From: Octopus vulgaris
Lineage: Eukaryota
DNA: 64,000 bases
Assembly: GCA_951406725.2 (NCBI GenBank)
Contig: OX597830.1
Location: 37,634,001 to 37,698,000, forward strand
Direction of reading: 5' to 3'
Below are positions 54,559-64,000 of the stretch, one piece after another. Each line of letters opens with the position of its first letter. Position 1 is the stretch's first letter. The notes under the pieces are model-generated. The model was not told the origin of the DNA. It worked only from the letters and a program-made list of their open reading frames with translations, and made no database searches. Made by a program: the position numbers and the translations under genes.

Positions 54559-54610
<52 letters not shown>

Positions 54611-54660
54611 CCATCTTGTATTTCAAAATACCTGACAACTAAGTGACACCCAAATCAAAA

Positions 54661-54695
<35 letters not shown>
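54505..54695. repeat. Tandem duplication of a 57-bp unique segment plus (TA)n
   Basis: 54505-54561 vs 54607-54663, three substitutions. Confidence 0.9.
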
Positions 54696-54698
<3 letters not shown>

Positions 54699-54914
54699 TA
54701 GTAACGTGCACGATGTATTCCACTGTTTCTATTTTGCATATGAATAAAAGAAGCTTCTATTCATTTCTATAATTGCTTTAGAGTTGAACTTACTCAGAGT
54801 CCAATATTTGCTGATTTAACACGAATATTAAATTATATTTCTTAAATATAGAAGACATTTCTCTAAATTGCTTATATGGTTGTACACTACCTTATGCTAA
54901 TCTTCTTTTACGCT

Positions 54915-55136
54915 TTTACTTGTTTCAGTGATTTGACTGTGGTCATGTTGGAATACCACCTTCAGTCGCGCAAGTCGATCCCAGGACTTATTCTTTGTAA
55001 GCCCAGTACTTATTCTATCGGTATCTTTTGCCAAACCGCTAAGTTACGGGGACGTAAACACACCAGCATCGGTTGTCAAGCGATATTGGGGGGAGAAACA
55101 CAGACACACAAACACACACACACACACACACACACA

Positions 55137-55174
<38 letters not shown>

Positions 55175-55320
55175 TATATACAACGGGCTTCTTTCAGTTT
55201 TAGTCTACCATATGGACTCACAAGGCTTTGGTCGGCCTGAGTCTATAGTAGAAGACACTTGCCCAAGTTGGCAACATGTTGTTGGTAAGCAAGCTACTGA
55301 CGACACAGCCACTCTTATGC
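54915..55320 (-). mobile_element. SINE family A
   Basis: Homology to 142-533. Confidence 0.85.
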
Positions 55321-56155
55321 CTAACTATAAACTTTCCTCCTAGAAATTGGTTACAAAAGATTTTCTTGAAAAGCATTCTCTCTCTATGATGATGACCGTG
55401 CTTCGCCAACGAAAAGCAAATTCGGTTTGAGGACCAAGCATATTTCGTCCCGAAACCACACGTTGGATCATTTCAATTTGTATTTTTCCGTAGAATTAGA
55501 TCTATTGAGTTCAATGGAATTTATATAACTATATAACAGATCCACATGATATAAGAATATTTCTCCACAAGTTAGTGTGAAATTAGTGGTGACGTTTATA
55601 TTAGATACTAGTAATACTAATCGTTAGCGCTACGTTACGAACAACAGCGACAATAATGTACAATCGAAAGTAAAAGCTTCTGAATTAGATGAAGAGGCCG
55701 GAGTTGAACATCTAGAATTACGCAGACATTATATTACTTTCAATTACCAGAAGCAGAATTTCATTAATATTACATCTTGCTGCGAGTTAGGTATAATGCA
55801 TAAAAGTGTCTAAGACTGTTATTTATAGAATTAAGCAGATAACCGGTATACCATTATGGAATAATAGTATTTGGATTTCTAATTTGTTCAACAGTAGTAG
55901 TAACAAATATCTATACAAATTACCGAGATGTATTGCATGGCAAGCTTTTTTGATCTGAAATTGTGCTGAAACTAAAGGTATTGCAGCGTGGAAAACACAA
56001 GTTAGCCGTTCAGAACAACACAAAAAAGCATTACCTTGATCATTTATCGTTTGTAATGTTGTGTCAAAAATCTTGTCGCTCGAAATTGCGACGTGATCAC
56101 GAACAAAATTTGTACTACACTCTAAATGTTTGCATACATATTTGAGCTTCCAATA

Positions 56156-56346
<191 letters not shown>

Positions 56347-56359
56347 AGAAATACGTCTT

Positions 56360-56595
56360 TTTAAAGCCTAGCCAGGATCATGGGCCCGCTTTCCCGGTTT
56401 GAATGGCGTATGTGCTCCCCAGCTGGGCGGGATGCCAGTGCATCGCAGTGTTACTCATTTTTGCCAGCTGAGTGGACTGGAGCAATGTGAAATGAAGAGT
56501 TTTGCTCAAGAAAAGGCTTCACCCAGTCCAGGATTCGAAGCCACAATCTTACAATTATGATGCTGACATCCTTACCACTAAGCCACGCGCCTCCA
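56360..56595 (-). mobile_element. tRNA-derived SINE, family C-related
   Basis: Minus: GGAGGCGCGTGGCTTAGTGGTAAG...GCTTCGAATCC...TTCTTGAGCAAAA...TTGCTCCAGTCCACTCAGCTG. Confidence 0.75.
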
Positions 56596-57129
56596 CACAG
56601 ATACACACACACACATACATACACATAGTAAGATCCAAGGATCAAGGTGTTGGGAGTTAGTAAGTTTTGAATAGTCCGTAGAAGCTATAAAAATATTTCA
56701 GGAACAATAGTGTTTTATTGACGTAGTAGAATGTTATAAAGTTTTTTCCAATATCGAAGCGAGGTTCGATAAGCTGGAAAAATCCCTTGACAATAATGTA
56801 AAATTCATTTGACTAACGTAACATTGGCTCCACGAGTAGCTAGTGGATCACATCTCGTTTGGGGAGTTACTACTTCCTAGGGATATTTATCCAAGCGCGC
56901 ACAGGTTCAGCTATATATCAATTAATGATACTGGAAATTCCACGTATGTATATGTACTAATGTTCATCGTTTGTTCTTCTTCGATTTTACTACGTTAGAC
57001 ATTTGAAATCCAGTTGTCGCTATAGATGTTTCTATCTTTCCAACATAGGAGAAAAAATTAACAATACAAAGAAAATGGGGAATGCATACACAGAATAATC
57101 AATATATTTATTATAATAGTCAATTCATG

Positions 57130-57223
57130 TTGCCTACGCGCGTTTCGGTTCTTCACTTAAATCCATATTTATGGAATTGAATTAGATTATGAATATAAAA
57201 AGTAAAAACCTTCATCAGGGCAA
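57130..57223 (-). ncRNA. Type-I hammerhead ribozyme motif with long stem II, intact core
   Basis: TTGCC-CTGATGA-A-GGTTTTTACTT ... AAGTGAAGAACC-GAAA-CGCGCG-TA-GGCAA; perfect 5-bp stem I, palindromic ACGCGCGT stem III, GUA cleavage triplet. Confidence 0.8.
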
Positions 57224-57624
57224 AAATCGACTGTTATTTCTTTCACATCTTAATCGTTGGAGAGTTCATTCCAATTCAATTGGAGAATGTGCGTCTTCAA
57301 TTATTTTCTAAAAATTTCGACCAATTACGTCAAAATCAACCTCCTGCTATTTTCAGGACAGAATCCAAGACGCTCATGATACAATTCAATTGGCCGAAGC
57401 TCTCCATCCGATATTGCGCTTATGAAGATTTTTTGCTTTGTCAAATTCATAATGCAATTTAATTGCATAAATATTTAAGTTATAAACCACGTAGGGCACA
57501 AGAATTGACTATTATAATAAATATATTCTTCATTTTGTGCAAGAATTCTACATTTTCTGTGTATTATATATATACATATGTGTGTGTGTTAGGTTTATCT
57601 GCATGTATACATACATACATATAC

Positions 57625-57682
<58 letters not shown>

Positions 57683-57994
57683 GTGTGTGTGTGTCTGTAT
57701 ATGTATATATATATATATATATATATGTAAACATGCATAAAAACATTATACACATACAGATATACATATATAATCATATTTCCTTTACTATTGTTTTTGT
57801 AATTTTTTTCAGTGTATACAATGTATACTCATTTATTATAGAAATTATGAATTATTTCGTGTATAAGTAAGAGTTAATAATGAATGCCTCACATCACACA
57901 TTGCATAAATGTTTAAATATAATAAATATAAATTGTCGTATATCTAAAGTAAAGACTTGCAGATATTGATCCCACAACACATGCATAAGCATAT

Positions 57995-58342
57995 CTCCAA
58001 AGGGATGAAAGGCATAATCGACTTTGGCGGAATTTGAACTCAGAACGTAAAGACGGACAAAATGCCGCCAAATATTTCGCCCCGCGTTCTAACTACTCTG
58101 TCAGATTGGCACCTAATTTTACCATCGAAATATTAATTTTTTATTGTCCACAGGTGGGCTAAACATAGAGGATTTTGTCGATTACATCGACCTCATTGCG
58201 TAACTGGTACTTATTTAATCGAACTCGAAAGGATGAAAGGCAAATTCCTTGACGGAATTTGAACTCAGAACGTAACAGCAGACGAAGTACCACTAAGCAT
58301 TTCGCCCGGCGTGCTAACGATTCTGCCACCTCGCCGCCCTTT
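57995..58342 (-). mobile_element. Two adjacent SINE family B copies (57995-58115, 58145-58342)
   Basis: GGAATTTGAACTCAGAACGTAA in both; both followed by CCATCGAAATATTA. Confidence 0.8.
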
Positions 58343-58919
58343 GCCATCGAAATATTATAACATATTCGCCAAATCCACCTCAAATCTGTTGTTAACTAAT
58401 TTAGATGAAGGATGGACAATGTAAGATCTAACATAATTCAAGGGGAAGGTCATAAATTGGTCGTTGTTTAGCTGTAGGCTAAACAACACGATTAACAGCA
58501 TTGAACGTACACCATAATAAATGTTCAAAATTTCCAATCAGATTTTGTTCTACGCAATAATGACAGTGCAAAAAAGAATCAACCATAGAACAAAAGTAAA
58601 AAAAAAAAATTAAAAATAAAAATATACAAATGTTATTCGCAACTTCGTTGAAGACACGCTGCCTTTCTAATGGGGAAGGAAGTTTTATCTATTAGGAAAT
58701 AACACTGACTGGGGTTTTATCTCGCAGACGTTACTTTGTGGCTTCAGTCTAAAGAATCAAATCATCGTAATCCTGTCAGACAAGCATTTATATTCTTTAA
58801 ATTGCATTATAGTATCTTAACCATAATCAAATTTACGATATATATTTAGATAAAAGAGAATTACATATATTCATTGGTACATACATACATACATATATAC
58901 TTATATACATACATATATA

Positions 58920-59075
58920 CGGTGTGTGTTAAGAAGCTTGTTTTCCAACCACACGGTTCCGGGTTCAGTCCCACAGCGCGGCACCTTGGGCAAGTGTCTT
59001 CTACTATAGCCTCGGGCCGAGCAAAGCCTTGTGAGTGGATTTGGTTGACGGAATCTGAAAGAAGCCCGTCATATA
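58920..59075 (+). mobile_element. SINE family A 5' half
   Basis: GGTTCCGGGTTCAGTCCCAC...CCTTGGGCAAGTGTCTTCTACTATAGCC. Confidence 0.85.
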
Positions 59076-59246
59076 TATATATATAACCGAGTTAGTAAAT
59101 GTTTTTATCTTCATTTCACTAAATTTATCTAGCTTCTGTGTTTCTAGCACATATTTCGCCTTAATGTACTGATATATGAATAATATATGGCTTGTGCTAG
59201 AAATACCAGCGATAATAATTAATTTTATTTTATCGCAATTTGACTT

Positions 59247-59320
<74 letters not shown>

Positions 59321-59629
59321 GGTTAAGTAATTGAGATTCTATTGAATTCTAAAGAATTCACATGAATATGGTCCTTAACTAGGATGCACCGGAAATCTAT
59401 ATGGTGTTAACCATACGACAAGTGGGGTGATTACAAATAGGAAAAAAAGGCAACAAGAATGGATTAAAATCTCGGTACGATCGTTACGTACGAGGACATC
59501 TTTAATAAGCTACAAAAAATGCAGTGAATACAGATGGCTCGTACTCGTCAGCCGAAAAAACATCAGAGAATTCCCAAACATCAAAAGGGGTAGATACAAA
59601 AGAGGTTGTAAGATTAGCTGCATTGAAGA

Positions 59630-60088
59630 AAATTCGATTCATGGAGATCCGATGAAAGGTTTTAAACCTATAGAATTTATGCATGTCTACATATAGCTCA
59701 TGTTGAATATTTGATCAAGTTGTGTGAAGAAATTTTCGGATACAGTCATGCAAAATTTCTGAAAATCCGAGTAAGAGGCAAAGTGACTGCCATATCATGT
59801 AGAGGAAAGTCTGAGTAAAAGCAAAGTAACTGTCATATCGTGTAGAGGAACAGATTGTTATTGAAATTTACAAGAATCGCAGATAAGTTCGATTTTTTGG
59901 AGATCCGATGAAAAAGTTTTGAACTTACAAAATATGTGTATGTCCTTATAGTTCATAATCCAGTTTTGTGAAGAGATTTAGGGTACAATTATGCGAAAAA
60001 TATCAGGGAATCCGAATGAGAAGCAAAATGACAGTCTTATATTGTAGCGGTTCAGGTTGTTAATGAATTTATCAAGAATCACAGAAAG
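59630..60088. repeat. Diverged tandem repeat (period ~255 bp) with internal ~42-bp duplication
   Basis: TTCGATT..TGGAGATCCGATGAAA at ~59633 and ~59888; both units end CAAGAATC.CAGA. Confidence 0.75.
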
Positions 60089-60224
60089 AGGAAGGAGGTA
60101 GAAATTTAATCAGTTACTGCTATTTAAGCTGTCAAAGAGAAAGGAAAGGGGAAGCTAAGGGGATGGGCACAAGTTGATACTAACAGAAAAATCTAAGTTT
60201 GTTTAGAACAAAATTCGAACTGAG

Positions 60225-60541
60225 GTCAACAATTTATTTCTTTGTTTGTTTGTCCGTGGTCAATACACCCCAAGAACCGCTGGATGTATTCGAATGAAAT
60301 TTTCAGCGATGTCTGGCTTCGTAACTGCCAAGAACTGATTAGATTTTGGGATCGATCCGATACCGAACAAGATTGCTAGATTATTTCCCCGTCTTGTTAG
60401 TTAATTTTTGAGACCGGTTGGGTTCATTTTTTGTATTCTGGTTTGAGATTATTTTTCATTTTAAAAATACTCTACAGTTAATCGTTGAGAGGGCGTTGGT
60501 GTTGCCTTGCCTGTAGTTTGCGATCTCTGCGTTCTCTTGTT
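60225..60541 (+). mobile_element. Non-autonomous Helitron/Helentron-like (DINE/HINE-type) element, degenerate
   Basis: (TTTG)n-TCCGT near the 5' end, ATGAAATTTTCA, GATTAGATTTTGGG..CGATCCG, 3' end GTTTGCGATCTCTGCGTTCTCTTGTT. Confidence 0.55.
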
Positions 60542-60843
60542 TCATATGCATCCCTAACACATATCTGCCATACGAGGGGTCACCGCAGTGTTCCTAGCTT
60601 TGGGTAAAAGAAAATACAGGTGTTCAGGTAATTATGATTTTATCCAAGATATCCACTTCTCAGATTCACACACTCATTACAGAACTATGATGTTTGGGCT
60701 TCCAACCAGGCCGTTCGCAATAACCTTAATATCAACATCTTTTCAGCACTTCCTCGCCTGTATAAGCACACAGTATACACATTACTGAAGTTATTGAGCA
60801 CCGAATCCTAGAAGTAGCGGTAAAGGATTGTCTGGATTCTTTA

Positions 60844-60921
<78 letters not shown>

Positions 60922-60923
<2 letters not shown>

Positions 60924-61234
60924 GTGATACACGATCCCTATTGATCGTTCGTTTTTTTCCTCTTCCCCTTTTTTTCCCCTTTTTCTTCTTTTTTCATTTC
61001 TCTTTCCGTTTGTTCCTTTTCCTTTTCTTTTTTTTCTTTTTATTCTTTTTATTTTATTCAATTTTTTTTTTGTTTTTGTTCTTTTCTTCCCTTTTACGAT
61101 CCCTCTTGATCGAAAACCTACGCCACCCCCTTTTTTTTTCTTTTGTTTTTTGTTCTCTTCATCCCCCAAAAGAAAAGCTCTACCTTGTAACTTGTCCCAT
61201 CTGTGTGCAGCCCTGTGTGGCCAATAAAGAAACT
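60922..61234 (+). mobile_element. LINE 3' UTR fragment embedded in (TATC)n
   Basis: Homologous to 63248-63465; ends CAGCCCTGTGTGGCCAATAAAGAAAC. Confidence 0.8.
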
Positions 61235-61236
61235 TA

Positions 61237-61279
<43 letters not shown>

Positions 61280-61428
61280 TTCTATCTATGTTCGTTTATG
61301 TATCTAACTATATACATATGTAGAAACAAATATGCAGAGATAAAAACGAATATTTATGTATATACATGTGCATATATACATATATATGTGAAAATATAAG
61401 TATATACATACACATATAAATATGTACG

Positions 61429-61471
<43 letters not shown>

Positions 61472-62415
61472 ATGTGAGTGTGTGTGTATTTGTATATATA
61501 TATATTCATATATTGTTTCCACATTAGCTCTTCCTCAAATGACGTTGTTTTTAATGCTTACATAATTAACAACTATCATTTCTGACCACGTGACGTCGTA
61601 AAAACTTTCTATGGTGCCGTTAACTATTTACACTCGCATAGCAGTAACCATTTTATGAACATGCGAAATATATATATGTATTGCATATTCTGAGAAATGT
61701 TGTTTTTTTTATAGAATGACATTTCAAAGTATCACTTTTTTTCTTTTCATTAGGTATTTGATTGAAGTCAAGATGAACTTACGAATAAAGATCTAACTTA
61801 CGTAGCTTGTGTTTTGAGAATAGAATCTGAAGTGTGAATTGCGAAAGAGAAACTTCAGTACGTGCACGTTTTTGTAACAATGTAATAATGGTATGATTGT
61901 TACGTTGGCTAATGCCTTGGATAACAAATATTTTCATAGCAGCAAATTGAGTCGTATCAGGCAAATTGAAGATCAACTGCAGTTTAATGCTCAATGATTG
62001 TATATCATAATGGCTATTGTGAGGCAGACAGGAACACAAATGCAGCTAGCTACATGCCGAACGTGTACACGTAAACAGGCATTCAGGCACACAGAGAATA
62101 TGTATGTATGTATATGAAATAATTCTGTTTTGGGAAAGTAGGAACTTGAAGAAGATGAGTTATAAATGATAGCGTGTATATTTTGGTTCATAAATTCCCT
62201 TCGGATAGAAAATGTCTTTTCATGAATTATCTAATGATGTCATTTTCCATGTGCTTCAAGAGGAGCTCATGACAGAACTATGCAAGGCTTTCGTTTGTGC
62301 ATAGGTTAAATACTATCTATTGAGTGTGAAGGCATCTAAATACCTCTAATTAGATGTGCAGCAGCCATCCTTGCAATACACACATCTAAGAACGCCAATC
62401 TACCTATCTGCCTGC

Positions 62416-62549
<134 letters not shown>

Positions 62550-62558
62550 CTATACATC

Positions 62559-62707
<149 letters not shown>

Positions 62708-62737
62708 CTATATATCTCTATCTATCTATCTCTATAC

Positions 62738-62779
<42 letters not shown>

Positions 62780-63465
62780 TCGCCCGCGAGTGTCGCGTTG
62801 CTCTCAAGCAACTCTGCCGTCCTGGGTCGACCTTAAGTGACTTCAACACAACCAAAGCATTCTATAGGGGTTTAGTGGAGGGGAGGTACGACGCGTCTGA
62901 AAGGATTGGAGACAAACACTTTCCTCTCTGGTCAATCTCTCATCAACTTCTTCAAGTACCACTTGAAAAGGAAAGTGAGAGTAGAGAGGCAAGTTTTGTC
63001 TAGCGAATGTTTTAAAAAAAGATGGGTGAATGTAGCAAGAATGGCACGTATGAATGACGAAGCCACCTTGAGCATAGTCCTATGAACCCAGAAATCGAAA
63101 ACAGAGAGTTGCTTATTTGCAAAAAAAAAAAAAAAGAAATATAAAATGTGACATCATTGACCGAGGTTACCGTGGTCTTTTCCGTAGGCTTTTCTTTGCA
63201 CGGGTAAACCTCACCTGTCCTCCCCTTTACACTTCATATTGACATTTCTGTGATAACGATCCCTATTGATCAATTTTTTTCCTCCCCCCTTTTTTTAAAC
63301 CCCCCTTTTTTTGTCCTCTTTCTCTCCTTTTACGATCCCTTTTGATCGAAACTCCCCCTTCCTTTTTTTTTCTTTTTTTTTTTTTTTTCTTAAACCTTCA
63401 AAAGAAAAGCTCTACCTTGTAATTTGTTCTATCTGTGTGCAGCCCTGTGTGGCTAATAAAGAAAC
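62780..63465 (+). mobile_element. Tx1/L1-like LINE 3' fragment (internally deleted) embedded in (TATC)n
   Basis: Frame ending at 63085: TRLKGLETNTFLSGQSLINFFKYHLKRKVRVERQVLSSECFKKRWVNVARM resembles Tx1/L1 ORF2 C-termini; AATAAAGAAAC then (TATC)n; long (TATC)n upstream (62398-62779). Confidence 0.65.
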
Positions 63466-63558
63466 ATATCTATCTATCTATCTATCTATCTATCTGTCTA
63501 TCTATCTATCTATCTATCTATCTATACATCTCTATCTATCTATCTCTATATATCTATC

Positions 63559-63607
<49 letters not shown>

Positions 63608-64000
63608 ATATATATATATCTATCTATCTATTTATCTATCTATGAATCGATCGATCGATCTATCTATCTATCCATCAATTTATCTATCTGTCTATGATCT
63701 ATGTCTGTCTCATTCTCTCTCTTTCTATCTCTCACTCTCTCTTTATATATATTACAAACATGCACATATACAGCCAGCACGCAAACACGTGCACACACTC
63801 TACGCAGCGCACAAGATGATTCTAGAGAACACAAGCGGTATGATACGTGTTCGTATGGATACTTAGGATATGTGTGCTCTAAAAGAGGCTAGGAACGGGC
63901 AATATTTTTAACGCTGTGTGTTATGGGTCGGAGCAACGTGTGATCATGAAGCAGTCAGGAAATAGGATAACATTCGACTAAATATTCTTTGATGAGGTAC

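Overview
AT-rich, microsatellite-dense eukaryotic DNA; the SINE families resemble those I recall from octopus, but this is not verified. No host protein-coding gene could be recognised, and nearly all short ORFs in the track are translated microsatellites. Recognisable content is retroelement-derived. (1) An apparently intact R4/Dong-clade non-LTR retrotransposon (1270-aa RT + CCHC + restriction-like endonuclease ORF, 3505-7317, minus) in a (TAA)n tract. (2) A truncated second R4/Dong copy, decayed R4-like pieces, and RTE, CR1-like, Tx1-like, Penelope, Tc1/mariner and Helentron-like remnants. (3) Many tRNA-derived SINEs. (4) A 2.2-kb ORF1-only (half-L1-like) element with a perfect 15-bp target-site duplication inside a SINE head. 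The strongest unexplained signal is non-coding: about a dozen type-I hammerhead-ribozyme motifs (CUGANGA...GAAA..UH, palindromic stem III) in several unrelated small repeat families. These include a ~564-bp circularly permuted retrozyme-like unit arranged as a divergent inverted dimer and a candidate tRNA-head/(AAT)n/hammerhead composite element apparently split by the Dong insertion. All folds and alignments were done by eye.
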